From an archaeon (GTDB lineage Archaea; Iainarchaeota; Iainarchaeia; Iainarchaeales; 1-14-0-10-31-34): a stretch of DNA of 64,000 nt. Shown here piece after piece: positions 1 to 9,558 of this stretch (positions are counted from its first letter, which is position 1; every line of letters begins with the position of its first letter). The translations under genes were made by a program, and so were the position numbers. A model generated the notes under the pieces. It searched no databases. It was not told the DNA's origin and saw only the letters and a list, made by a program, of their open reading frames with translations. The stretch is from NCBI GenBank assembly GCA_043819075.1, contig JBDRFE010000060.1, positions 780-64,779 on the forward strand, given 5' to 3'.

Positions 1-6
1 ACAAAA

Positions 7-483
7 TTGTTTTCTGACAGAGGTGTTAAATTAGACAGGACTTACCAGTTGAACACTGGCGGCAACGCTGATTTTTTGAACATGCTTGAAAGAAAAAGGC
101 TGAAAAGCAAAAAAATTTCCAAGACAGAGTCAGTGCAGTCCCAGTTGCCTCAGAGAATGGATGCAGACAATATTCATATTGGGCCATCAGATTATGTTCC
201 TTGGCAGAAAGACAATAAAGTTTGTTTTATCAGAATGGAAGGAAGAAAGTTTGGAGACGTTCCATTGGAATTAGAACTGCGTTTAAGCGTTCAGGATTCC
301 CCGAATTCTGCTGGCATTACAATTGATGCCTTGCGTGCAATCAAGGTTGCAAAAGACAGAAACATTGGAGGAGAATTAACTTCTTGTTCGTCTTATTTTA
401 TGAAGCATCCATTGCATCAGTTCCCTGATTCTGTTGCAAAAACAATGGTTGAAGAATTTATTAAAGGTGAAAGGGAAAGATGA
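7..483 (+). CDS. myo-inositol-1-phosphate synthase, C-terminal part (5' end outside window)
   Basis: C-terminal MIPS-like sequence including SYFMKHP motif; ORF open to window start. Confidence 0.6.
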   Translation: MFSDRGVKLDRTYQLNTGGNADFLNMLERKRLKSKKISKTESVQSQLPQRMDADNIHIGPSDYVPWQKDNKVCFIRMEGRKFGDVPLELELRLSVQDSPNSAGITIDALRAIKVAKDRNIGGELTSCSSYFMKHPLHQFPDSVAKTMVEEFIKGERER

Positions 484-1073
484 TTTCTGAGAACAGGGAA
501 AGATTCAAGAGCATTTCAATCCAGACAGGATTGTTGTTTGGAAAGCTTCCTTTGACTCCAAACCAGTGGACTTTGTTTTCTTTGGTTCCGGCTTTAATTT
601 GTTTTTATTTTTTATTGAAACAAGATTTTGTTTTTGCAGCAGTTTTTTTTGGTTTAGCGGCTTTTGTTGATGTAATTGACGGCGCTGTGGCCAGAGTGCA
701 GGGAAAAACAACTAAAAAAGGCGCTTATCTGGACACAATAACTGACAGATATGTTGAATTAATTGTTTTTCTTGGATTGTTTTTTGTTTCCCTTCCTGTT
801 TTTTATTTTTCTTCTCAGTTATGGATTTTTTTGTGTTTGTTTGGCGGCTTAATGACAACTTATTCTAAGGCTGCTGCAAAAGAAAAACTGTTTTTGGAAT
901 CAGAGTTAAAAGGCGGGTTAATGGAGCGTCCTGAAAGGCTGTTGTTGTTGTTTTTTATTCTTGTGGCAGGAATTTTTTCTTTAAAGCTTTCACTGTATCT
1001 AATTGTGTTGTTTGCTGTTCTTTCAAATTTAACTGCTTTTCAGAGAATCTTAAAGGCTTTTTCTCTGGCTTAA
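480..1073 (+). CDS. CDP-alcohol phosphatidyltransferase (archaetidylinositol-phosphate synthase-like), membrane
   Basis: D-x2-DG-x2-AR...G-x3-D-x3-D motif ([18 protein letters not shown]); multiple TM segments; 4-nt overlap with MIPS gene. Confidence 0.7.
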   Translation: MISENRERFKSISIQTGLLFGKLPLTPNQWTLFSLVPALICFYFLLKQDFVFAAVFFGLAAFVDVIDGAVARVQGKTTKKGAYLDTITDRYVELIVFLGLFFVSLPVFYFSSQLWIFLCLFGGLMTTYSKAAAKEKLFLESELKGGLMERPERLLLLFFILVAGIFSLKLSLYLIVLFAVLSNLTAFQRILKAFSLA

Positions 1074-2327
1074 CTAAATTGTCGGGTCAGCAACTTTTCC
1101 GATAAATAAAATGCTGCCGGTTAAATTTTCCTGTATTAAGAAAATAAACGGGTGGTCTGCCCTGAATTCAGTGAAATCAGGCATTGCTGAAGTTGCGCCC
1201 ATTACTACTGCGGTTGCTGCTGCAGCTTCTGTCCCTTCTTCGTCTACTTTAACAAAAGCTTTGTGGATTACCTGGCTGATAAACAGGTTTTCTGTTGTTT
1301 TAGTTGAATCAAACATTCCAGTGAAATCTGCGTTGTTTTCAGAAAAAGCAGTCGGCATTCCCATTTCAGCCAGTTTTTCGTTTAAAGAGTATTCTGTTTC
1401 AAAAGTGAATTTTGGGAAATAAACATATACATCTTTTTTGTGCATTAATTTCTTCCATTCATCCAGTTTTTCCGGTGAAAGCATTGATTCAGTTTTCTGC
1501 AAGCTGTTTTTTGGAAGCAATACAATCATTGATATTTCTTTTCCTTTGTACGGCATTTCTATTATCTGCAGCTCTTCTGTTTCCCCGTAATTGAATTCTT
1601 CTTCTCCTTTTTTTAAGCTCATCATGTCTGCCTGCACTGTTGTTGTTTCATTTACTTTAAAGTCTTCTTTTTTTGTTTTTGTCTTGTCAAACTTTGTTTC
1701 CCAGTCTCCTTTAAAATAAATTGCATTAGTTAAAACCATTCTGGTTAATGAGTCAATTGAGCCTTGTGGAATCAAGTTTTTTATTTTGTTGTTTGTTTTT
1801 TCTTCAACCCATGAATTAATTGTTTTTCTTGATTCCTCTGTTTTGTTCACAAAATCCATGTTAGTGAATTCAGCTGAATAATATTTTTTTGTTGTGTCAA
1901 CATAGCTTTCAAGGAATGGGTAATCTTTTTGCGCCCATAAAGCGTTTGCGGTTGAAAGCTCGAATTCAGTGTTTTCTTTGTTCAATGAATTAAAGATTTT
2001 TGCAAAAGAGCTTCTTCTGTCCAAATTGTTTTCCTGAAAGTGAAGGACTGATTTCATTTCTTCTGCTGTCTGGCCTTTTGCCCCTTCAAAAGTCATTGCC
2101 AAAGCAGAGGAAATGCTCCAGGGAGAAAAAAACAAATTTTTTCCTTCGGTGTTTAATTCTGAATACATTTCTATTGCAAACTGGTTGTTTCCTTTTACTG
2201 TTTCTTTTATTCCGGGTTCTGTTGCCTGAGAGTCATCCAGTGATTCAGGTTTTGGCACTGGAGGCTGAATACAGCCTGCTAAAACAATGATTATGATTGT
2301 TAATCCGATTAAAATTTTTTTGTTCAC
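1074..2327 (-). CDS. serpin (serine protease inhibitor) lipoprotein
   Basis: Serpin core motifs (NAIYFKGDWETKF; hinge EEGTEAAAATAV; C-terminal HPFIFLI); N-terminal signal with LAGC lipobox. Confidence 0.8.
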   Translation of the reverse strand: MNKKILIGLTIIIIVLAGCIQPPVPKPESLDDSQATEPGIKETVKGNNQFAIEMYSELNTEGKNLFFSPWSISSALAMTFEGAKGQTAEEMKSVLHFQENNLDRRSSFAKIFNSLNKENTEFELSTANALWAQKDYPFLESYVDTTKKYYSAEFTNMDFVNKTEESRKTINSWVEEKTNNKIKNLIPQGSIDSLTRMVLTNAIYFKGDWETKFDKTKTKKEDFKVNETTTVQADMMSLKKGEEEFNYGETEELQIIEMPYKGKEISMIVLLPKNSLQKTESMLSPEKLDEWKKLMHKKDVYVYFPKFTFETEYSLNEKLAEMGMPTAFSENNADFTGMFDSTKTTENLFISQVIHKAFVKVDEEGTEAAAATAVVMGATSAMPDFTEFRADHPFIFLIQENLTGSILFIGKVADPTI

Positions 2328-2383
2328 GATAAACTATCGTGCTTTAGTTTATTTAAGTTTTCCTTTAAGATTAGCTTTTTGCC

Positions 2384-3073
2384 TTATTTTTTTTCGCATA
2401 AGACAAGCAAATGTTCTTTCTGGAACGGCTCTAAAAAAACAGCTTGCTTTACAATGAATTCTTTTTCAAGTTTTTGTTTTTCTTCCATTAAAATCTGTTT
2501 AGAGTTTTTCTGTGAAATGCTTCTTGCCTTGATTGAAATCATTGCTTTTCTTCCTTTTTTTAAAAAAATTCTTGCATTGTTGAGGAAAATGTCTGTCTGG
2601 TTTTTTTGCGAGATATCCTGGAACAAAAAATCAAATTCAATTTCCTTTAATTCTTTTGAAGTTTCTTCAGTATTATTTGCGTCAACCAAATATGGAATTA
2701 AGTTTTTTCTTTCCTCGCTTAATTCAACTAATTTATTCATTACTCTTGCACTGATATCAATTCCAATAATCAATCCTTTTTCCCCTATTATATCAGAGAT
2801 ATGCGAAATAGTTGTTCCTTCTGCTGCGCCAAGATAAAGGATTTTCATTTCTTTTTTTATCGGAGAAGGAACCCCTTTTTTTATTCCTGCGCCAAGCTTT
2901 GATCTAAACGGATTCCATTCCCTTAACTCTTTTCCTTTAAATGAAATCAGTTTTTCTCCGTAAACTTTTTTTCCTTTTACCGCGTTTTCAGTGAAAATTT
3001 TTCTTCCATCAGAGTAAATTCCGTCAAATACCTGGTTTAAGTTCATGCAATCAGTTCCTGTTAAGTTCTTCAA
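2384..3073 (-). CDS. flpA: fibrillarin rRNA/tRNA 2'-O-methyltransferase
   Basis: Fibrillarin SAM-MTase motifs (KILYLGAAEGTT); overlaps Nop5 gene as in archaeal operons. Confidence 0.9.
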   Translation of the reverse strand: MKNLTGTDCMNLNQVFDGIYSDGRKIFTENAVKGKKVYGEKLISFKGKELREWNPFRSKLGAGIKKGVPSPIKKEMKILYLGAAEGTTISHISDIIGEKGLIIGIDISARVMNKLVELSEERKNLIPYLVDANNTEETSKELKEIEFDFLFQDISQKNQTDIFLNNARIFLKKGRKAMISIKARSISQKNSKQILMEEKQKLEKEFIVKQAVFLEPFQKEHLLVLCEKK

Positions 3074-3860
3074 TTCTTTTATTTAATTCTGTTTTCATTT
3101 CATCTGTTTCTTTTGAATCTTTTTTTCCAAAAAAATCTTTTCTTGCTGTAATGCTTAGTTTTCCTGACAAAGTTCTTGCAAATTTTCCCTGATTGTTTCT
3201 CTTGACTTTTTTCAGCATTGGGTGCCCGAAAATAAAACCGTATTTTGGCGGTTTTGCACCTGATTTAATGTGATTAAATAATGCTTTTTCTGCTCCAAGC
3301 AATTGAATTGTAGAAGAAGGCATTAAAGCAAGTTTTTTTACCGAGCCTGCTTTGGCTAGCATTCTTGCCCCAATTAATGGTTCAGCTAATTCAGTGAAGT
3401 TTGGCAGAATGATTTTCATTTCTTTTTCAATGAATTTAGTTAACTCGTTTCTTTGTTTTTTTAATTCAATTCCTTTTAATGCCAAAGACTTTATCTGGCT
3501 TAAAGTTTCTTCTTCTAATTCAGAGCCCATTGAAGTCTTTGCTTTTTCGGCTATTTCTTTTGCTTTTTCTTTGTTGTCGTATGCTTCTAAAATATTTTTT
3601 TCAGAAAAATTTTTCCTGTTTCCCAGCAAAACCAGCTGCAAAAAAATTTCGTTGTCTTCTACTATTGAATTGAGTTCAGGGAAATGCATTCCAAACCATT
3701 CTCTGGTGTTCTCTGAAATCAGGTTAGCCATTTTATCCAGTTCATCTATTAATAAAACGGCTTTGATTATGTGAACGTCTTTTCCTGTAAAAGCTTTTGA
3801 AACCCTTTCTTTTGTTTTTCTTGTAAGCCTTTGCTTTAAGCTTTCATTTATTTCAGCCAT
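3051..3860 (-). CDS. nop5: Nop5 (Nop56/58) box C/D RNP protein, short form without N-terminal domain
   Basis: Coiled-coil plus Nop domain (GARMLAKAGSVKKLALMPSSTIQLLGAEKALF); only 269 aa. Confidence 0.8.
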   Translation of the reverse strand: MAEINESLKQRLTRKTKERVSKAFTGKDVHIIKAVLLIDELDKMANLISENTREWFGMHFPELNSIVEDNEIFLQLVLLGNRKNFSEKNILEAYDNKEKAKEIAEKAKTSMGSELEEETLSQIKSLALKGIELKKQRNELTKFIEKEMKIILPNFTELAEPLIGARMLAKAGSVKKLALMPSSTIQLLGAEKALFNHIKSGAKPPKYGFIFGHPMLKKVKRNNQGKFARTLSGKLSITARKDFFGKKDSKETDEMKTELNKRIEELNRN

Positions 3861-3915
3861 AATATAAGCTTTTTATCGCAAATTATTTATAAAGAATCCT
3901 AAGTTAATTGATATC

Positions 3916-5412
3916 ATGGCTTTAAAGAAATCAGAGGTTTTAATGGATTTGGCTTTAAGGAGAAGCATTTTTTTTCCTTCAGCCGAAATTTACGGCGACT
4001 CATTCAGCGGTTTCTGGGATTACGGGTTTTATGGCACAGCAATTAAAAACAAAATCATTGAAGCCTGGAGAAAAGACTTGGTTGAAAAAGAAGGTTTTAT
4101 TGAATTAGACGGCGCACAAATTCTGCCTGAAAAAGTTTTTCTTGCTTCAGGGCACTTAAACAATTTCAACGACCCTTTAATCCAATGCGAGAAATGCCAT
4201 TCACTTCACCGCGCTGACTCTTTGCTTGGAAAAGAATTTGAGTTAACTGAGGGAACACCAACTGAAAGATTTGATGAATTAATTTCACAACACAAAATCA
4301 AGTGCCCTTCCTGTAAAGGAAATTTAGGCAAAACAAAAAAATTTAATTTAATGATGGGCTTGGATATTGGTGCAACAGGCAAACTAAAAGGCTTTTTAAG
4401 GCCTGAAACCTGCCAGAACATTTTTTTGAATTTTTCTAGGATTTATAAGACTATGCGAAAAAACCTTGCATTCGGCATTGCACAGACAGGAAAATGCTTT
4501 AGAAATGAAATTGCTCCAAGAAACTCTATTTTAAGAATCAGAGAAATAAGCCAGATGGAAATAGAAGTATTTTTTAATCCGGACAAAATTAATGAAGTAG
4601 AAAACTTTTCTTTGATAGAGGATTTTCCTGTAAGAGTTTTGCTTGACAAAAAAAAGTCAGTTGAAGAAATCAAGGCAAAAGATTTGGTTGTAAAAAAAAT
4701 TGTTTCCGGAAAGCTTGCAGCCTATTATCTTTCCAGAGTCCAGCAGTTTTTTGAGGGATTAGGCATTCCAAGAGAAAAATTAAGGTTTAGGGAAGTAAGC
4801 CAAGAAGAAAGAGCGTTTTATGCTTTAGAGGGCTGGGATTTTGAGGTTGAAACTTCTCTTGGATGGATTGAGTTAGTGGCAAACAATTATCGTTCAGACT
4901 ATGACTTAAAAAATCATTCACTTACTTCTGGAGCAAACCTGAAAGTAAAAGAAGAAGACAAAGAATTTTTTCCTCATGTCTGGGAAATTTCTGCCGGGGT
5001 TGACCGAACATTGTTTGTTTTGCTTGAATTAGCTTTAAGAGAAGAAACAAAGAAAGGCGAAAACAGATTGTTTTTGTCTCTTTCTCCTAAGATTGCGCCT
5101 TTTACTGCCGGAGTGTTTCCTTTGGTTAACAAAGACGGATTAGATGTAAAAGCTAAACAGATTTTTGATGACTTGTTAGAGCATAAGATTGCTGTTTTTT
5201 TTGATTCAAAGGGTTCTATTGGCAAAAGGTATGCCAGGATTGACGAGATTGGTGTTTCTTTTGCTTTGACAATTGACTTTGATTCTTTGAAAGATGATTC
5301 TGTTACTATCAGGGAAAGGGATTCAACTGAACAGAAAAGAATTGCAGTTAAATCTCTTCCTGAAACCCTTTGGAAGCTTTCCACAGGCAAAACGACGTTC
5401 ACGCAGATTTAA
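3916..5412 (+). CDS. glyS: glycyl-tRNA synthetase (archaeal/eukaryal type)
   Basis: Class II GlyRS N-terminus (YGDSFSGFWDYGFYG) and overall length. Confidence 0.85.
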   Translation: MALKKSEVLMDLALRRSIFFPSAEIYGDSFSGFWDYGFYGTAIKNKIIEAWRKDLVEKEGFIELDGAQILPEKVFLASGHLNNFNDPLIQCEKCHSLHRADSLLGKEFELTEGTPTERFDELISQHKIKCPSCKGNLGKTKKFNLMMGLDIGATGKLKGFLRPETCQNIFLNFSRIYKTMRKNLAFGIAQTGKCFRNEIAPRNSILRIREISQMEIEVFFNPDKINEVENFSLIEDFPVRVLLDKKKSVEEIKAKDLVVKKIVSGKLAAYYLSRVQQFFEGLGIPREKLRFREVSQEERAFYALEGWDFEVETSLGWIELVANNYRSDYDLKNHSLTSGANLKVKEEDKEFFPHVWEISAGVDRTLFVLLELALREETKKGENRLFLSLSPKIAPFTAGVFPLVNKDGLDVKAKQIFDDLLEHKIAVFFDSKGSIGKRYARIDEIGVSFALTIDFDSLKDDSVTIRERDSTEQKRIAVKSLPETLWKLSTGKTTFTQI

Positions 5413-5493
5413 TTATTTCCTTGCACTATTTTTTTACATCACTATTGAGCAAAGCGAAATAGTGCACTGGTGTAAACTGACAGCGGCAGTTTT

Positions 5494-5569
5494 GCCGCCG
5501 TAGCATAGCTTGGTTTTATGCAGCGGTTTCGTAAACCGCAGATCGTGGGTTCAAATCCCATCGGCGGCT
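5494..5569 (+). tRNA. tRNA-Thr (anticodon CGT)
   Basis: Cloverleaf folds by hand: acceptor GCCGCCG/CGGCGGC, anticodon stem GCGGT/ACCGC, loop TTCGTAA, T-arm GTGGG-TTCAAAT-CCCAT. Confidence 0.8.
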
Positions 5570-5634
5570 ATCAGTCTTTTTCACTGGCAATGCGGTTTCC
5601 ACCAAAATAAAAACCATTAAAACGAAATATTTCA

Positions 5635-6657
5635 ATGCGTTATAATCGAATCGGGTTTTTTTCTGCAGAAGACAGGACCTTGTTTTTTGAAATTGGGAAA
5701 CAAGTGCTCTACTGTGATTCTTGGAAACAATTCTGTGCGAAAGTAGGTATTCAAAAATCGATGGCTGAATACTATCGTAATGGTAAACTTTTATTGCCGG
5801 AATGGCTATTTCTTAATTTGTCAGAAAAATTTTCTTCCGAAAAAAGAGCTTTTTTTAAATCAAAAATTTTTTTGAAACCGCCCAATTGGGGTGAGAGTAT
5901 TGGCGGTAGAAAAACATCAGCCTCCCATCCAGAATTTATTGTAGCTGCGCGTGCGTCTGCAAGGGAAAAGTTTTCGCGTCTTCCAAGGAACTGTTTTGAT
6001 TTAAATCAAGAACTGTCTTGTGAGTTGTGTGAATTTGTTGGCGCTTTTATGGGGGATGGCCACACAGGTTTATATGGCAGCCATACAATAGTCGGGTTTA
6101 CTGGGCATGCCAAACTTGATGATGATTATTATTATAGAACCATTATTCCAGCAGTAAAGAAATTGTTCCACATTGAAACTTGTTATGTCTGGAAAAAAGA
6201 AAACATAATGCGTGTTACTTTTCATTCAAAAAGACTCGTTGAATTGTTGATTAAACGATTTGGTTTTCCTACTGGAGTCAAATTTGATAAGATTCTGATT
6301 CCGGAAGAAATTTTGCATTCTTCAAACGAACACATTGCGGCAGTATTGCGCGGACTTTTTGATACTGATGGATGCGTTTTCTTTGATAAGAGAAAAATCT
6401 ACCGTAATCCCTATATGAGATTTAATCTGACAATGTATAATCCCCAAATTCTGGATCAGGTAGTTCAGGCACTTGCCAAAATAGGTATTCATGCTTCCAG
6501 AGCTAATTCCAAAAGAAGCATTCAAATCACCAACAGCCAGAATATTGAAGGTTTTCTCAGGTCTGTTGGGTTTTCAAACACAAGGCACATAAGCAAAGTT
6601 CTGCAGGCATATCCTGACTTTAACTCTTTTAACCCCGGAACAAGATTGACTTCGTAA
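5635..6657 (+). CDS. free-standing LAGLIDADG homing endonuclease with N-terminal HTH
   Basis: Two LAGLIDADG motifs (FVGAFMGDGHT and LRGLFDTDGCV); not embedded in an intein or rRNA. Confidence 0.75.
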   Translation: MRYNRIGFFSAEDRTLFFEIGKQVLYCDSWKQFCAKVGIQKSMAEYYRNGKLLLPEWLFLNLSEKFSSEKRAFFKSKIFLKPPNWGESIGGRKTSASHPEFIVAARASAREKFSRLPRNCFDLNQELSCELCEFVGAFMGDGHTGLYGSHTIVGFTGHAKLDDDYYYRTIIPAVKKLFHIETCYVWKKENIMRVTFHSKRLVELLIKRFGFPTGVKFDKILIPEEILHSSNEHIAAVLRGLFDTDGCVFFDKRKIYRNPYMRFNLTMYNPQILDQVVQALAKIGIHASRANSKRSIQITNSQNIEGFLRSVGFSNTRHISKVLQAYPDFNSFNPGTRLTS

Positions 6658-6693
6658 AGCGAAGGTCGGGGGTGCGATTCCCTCCAAGGGCTT
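6648..6693 (+). other. tRNA 3'-half-like fragment (anticodon-loop 3' part through acceptor 3' strand)
   Basis: TTCGTAAA-GCGAA-GGTC-GGGGG-TGCGATT-CCCTC-CAAGGGC-T parallels tRNA-Thr positions 32-73; oligo-T follows; no matching 5' half (GCCCTTG) nearby. Confidence 0.5.
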
Positions 6694-6759
6694 TTCTTAA
6701 AAAAGTAAAGCTCCGTTGAAACCGAAAACATGAAATACGGGTTTAAACTTATTTAAACC

Positions 6760-7872
6760 ATGAAACAATTAATTCTGATTGTATTAATTGGATTAATTTT
6801 ACTGGTTATTGGTTGCACTGCTGAAAATCAAGATACGAATTCAAATGATATTAAATTTCAGCCAAAAACAGATGTTAACTATGCAGAACTTTCAATGAAT
6901 CCTAAAGACGTTAATTTTGCTTATGTGTTAAGAGGGGAGCATTGGAAACTAACTTCGCAGTTTTATGGTGGGCTCAACGATTACTTACAAAGCCAGCCAA
7001 GAAGCATTACACTACTTAAAGGAGAAGAAATTACTGACGTCAATTTTGTTGAAAAGTTTATTGATGAACTCAATCAAAAAATTTATTTAAAATCATTAGT
7101 TGATTATATAAAACAAATTGAAGTTTCTGATGCTGATAAAGTTAGAATAGTTGTAAGTTTGGTTCAAAACATTCCTTACGATTATAATGCTTATTATAGA
7201 ATTGAAAATGATGAAAACAACATTGAAAAATACCCTTACCAAGTTTTATATTTGAATACAGGTGTTTGTGGCGAAAAATCAAGGCTGTTAATTTATTTTT
7301 TAAGAGAGTTAGGTTATGGAACCGCATATATTAATTTTGAAAAAGAAAATCATGCTGTTACAGGAATTAAATGTCCTATAAAATATAGTTACAAAGACTC
7401 TGGTTATTGTTTTATTGAAAGCACTGCCCCTACAATAATCACTTATTCTGAAGGAGAATACCTTAATGCAGGAAAACTTTCAAGCACGCCAAAAATAATT
7501 GTCAGTAGTGAAGGAATGTCTTTTGATTCTGTTTCAGAAGAATTTAATGATGCTTTACGCTATAAAGAGTTAATAAAAGACCATTTAGGAAACAATTATT
7601 CTGATTGGCTTTCTTTAATGTCAAAATATGGTTTAGAGAAGTCTTCCTGTTTTGACGGTTCTGTTTTATGTAATGGTGAGTGCTGGACTGCTTGTTTGCC
7701 GCAGCAAATATTCAATTGTGATGCTAAAACAGGTGCAACCTGCAAATGGGATGCAAAAAATTGTCCAACAGGAATGACAGCATGTAATAATGAATGTTAC
7801 CCAAACTGTACCGAAGGAACATTTGAATGCGCTCAGCAAGGCGTAGTTTGTCACATTGTCAAATACAGATAA
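6760..7872 (+). CDS. secreted lipoprotein with transglutaminase-like cysteine-protease core and Cys-rich C-terminus
   Basis: Signal peptide plus IGC lipobox; GVCGEKSRLLIYFLRELG (Cys) and NHAVTG (His); about 14 C-terminal Cys. Confidence 0.45.
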   Translation: MKQLILIVLIGLILLVIGCTAENQDTNSNDIKFQPKTDVNYAELSMNPKDVNFAYVLRGEHWKLTSQFYGGLNDYLQSQPRSITLLKGEEITDVNFVEKFIDELNQKIYLKSLVDYIKQIEVSDADKVRIVVSLVQNIPYDYNAYYRIENDENNIEKYPYQVLYLNTGVCGEKSRLLIYFLRELGYGTAYINFEKENHAVTGIKCPIKYSYKDSGYCFIESTAPTIITYSEGEYLNAGKLSSTPKIIVSSEGMSFDSVSEEFNDALRYKELIKDHLGNNYSDWLSLMSKYGLEKSSCFDGSVLCNGECWTACLPQQIFNCDAKTGATCKWDAKNCPTGMTACNNECYPNCTEGTFECAQQGVVCHIVKYR

Positions 7873-8025
7873 CTAATAGAATAATAAGGTCTCATTCTGT
7901 TAGCACTAAATTTTCTTTTTCATTACTTTTGCTTTAACTTTGTTTTAGCCAGCACTAAAGCGAAAACATGTTTTTTTCCAGTTCATTTAAATCTTTTTTG
8001 CTCTTTTTCTTGTTTTCTGATTTAA

Positions 8026-8226
8026 ATGAACTGCGCTGAATGTGGTAACACTGCAACAAAACTGAATTCAAAAGGAATTCCTGTTTGTTCAAGGCACTTA
8101 AAAACTTCGGTTAAGTTTCCTGAATGCCCTAACTGCAAGCTGGAAATGGTTTTAAGGAAAGGAAAATTCGGTGCATTCTGGGGCTGCAAAGCTTTTCCGA
8201 TGTGCGATGGAATAAGAAAAATCTAA
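8026..8226 (+). CDS. small zinc-ribbon protein (topoisomerase-type C4 finger)
   Basis: CxxC...CxxC and CPNC...GCKAFPMC pattern. Confidence 0.45.
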   Translation: MNCAECGNTATKLNSKGIPVCSRHLKTSVKFPECPNCKLEMVLRKGKFGAFWGCKAFPMCDGIRKI

Positions 8227-8370
8227 GTTTTTTTGATTAATTTTTTTTTGAGAAAGCTTGTGTTTGCGAAGCAAACCGTTTTTGATCAAACTTTTTCTGA
8301 AAAAGTTTGTGTGCGGAATAAGGAAAATCTGAGCATTGATTTTTTAAGTTTTGCCGGCTTTTATTTTTCT

Positions 8371-9072
8371 ATGAAGTTTGCTGCATTTGATGTTGACGGA
8401 ACCTTAGTTGAATTAGCTATTCCAACGCATTTCATTAGATGGCTTGAAAAAAAAAACAAATTTCCGGAAAAAGTTTTAGAAGAAATCCATGAAACAATCA
8501 GAAAACACGAGAACGGGGAAATTTCATGGGAGCAAAGAGGAAAAGAAGTGTTAAATGCATGGGCTAAAGGCTTTAAAGGAACTCAAAAAAAAGAATTACA
8601 GGAACTTTCAGCAGAGTTCGTGAAAGACTACGACAAAATTTTTTTAGGTTCAGTTGAAACCATGAATTACCTGAAAAAAGAAGGCTATTATCTGATAGCA
8701 GTTTCTCGCGCGTTCGAAGAAATCCTTGAAGCATTAAAAATAAAGCTGCCCTTTGATTTTATTATTGGAACAAAACTTGAAGCAAAAAAAGGAGTTTACA
8801 CCGGAAAAGTCTTAAACGAGTTATGGCATCTTAAAATAAAAAAAACTGTTTTGCTTGAATTAATAAAAGAAAAAAACCTTGATTTAAAGGATTCATTTGC
8901 TTTCGGCGACACAGAACAGGATTCTTTTATGATGGAATTAGCTGAAAACCCTGTTCCGGTTCAGCCGTCAAAAAAATTAAGGAAAGTTGCAGAAAAAAAC
9001 GGCTGGAAGTGTTTTGAAAAAATAAACGACTTTTTTTCAGAGCTGGAAGCAAAAGGCATTCAAGGGCTTTAA
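8371..9072 (+). CDS. HAD-superfamily hydrolase (phosphoserine-phosphatase-like)
   Basis: HAD motif I FDVDGTL immediately after the ATG at 8371; the upstream in-frame extension from 8233 is unlikely. Confidence 0.7.
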   Translation: MKFAAFDVDGTLVELAIPTHFIRWLEKKNKFPEKVLEEIHETIRKHENGEISWEQRGKEVLNAWAKGFKGTQKKELQELSAEFVKDYDKIFLGSVETMNYLKKEGYYLIAVSRAFEEILEALKIKLPFDFIIGTKLEAKKGVYTGKVLNELWHLKIKKTVLLELIKEKNLDLKDSFAFGDTEQDSFMMELAENPVPVQPSKKLRKVAEKNGWKCFEKINDFFSELEAKGIQGL

Positions 9073-9080
9073 AACAAAAA

Positions 9081-9551
9081 TTGAAAACAATTAAATATTC
9101 TTTCATTCATTTTGTATTCAGTGGTTTAATGGAATTATCTGATGACAAAATGGATGACTTTTTGTTCAAGGGATTAGTCATTGTATTAATTGTAGTTATC
9201 GGTCTGCTGTTAATTAATTCTTTTCTGAATTTGAAGCCGGAAACTTTTACCCAAGTGTACCTGATTCCTGACAAAATCGTGAATTCTGCTTCAGTTAACG
9301 AAAAAATCCCAGTAGAGTTTGAAATAGATAACAGGGAAGGCAAAACAACTGAATACTCTTACAAAATTTCTTTTGAAGGAAAAACTCTGGCAGAAAAAAC
9401 TGTTTCAGTGGAAAACAATGCAAGAAAAAGAATTACAGAAGAAATTTCTTTTTCAGAAACCTTTGAAGAAAAATCAAAGGTTTTGGTTGAAGTCACAAAA
9501 CCCGGCACGGAAGAACCATACTCTGTTTGGTTCTGGTTAGAAGTTAAATAA
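9081..9551 (+). CDS. hypothetical membrane-anchored protein
   Basis: ORF with one TM segment; no recognisable family. Confidence 0.3.
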   Translation: MKTIKYSFIHFVFSGLMELSDDKMDDFLFKGLVIVLIVVIGLLLINSFLNLKPETFTQVYLIPDKIVNSASVNEKIPVEFEIDNREGKTTEYSYKISFEGKTLAEKTVSVENNARKRITEEISFSETFEEKSKVLVEVTKPGTEEPYSVWFWLEVK

Positions 9552-9558
9552 AATTAGT

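Noticed and set aside
6648-6693. Second exon of an intron-containing tRNA whose intron encodes the homing endonuclease
   Set aside because: The upstream tRNA-Thr is already complete with its own 3' half, and no matching 5' acceptor strand (GCCCTTG) or compatible anticodon-stem 5' strand exists upstream; kept as a flagged alternative.
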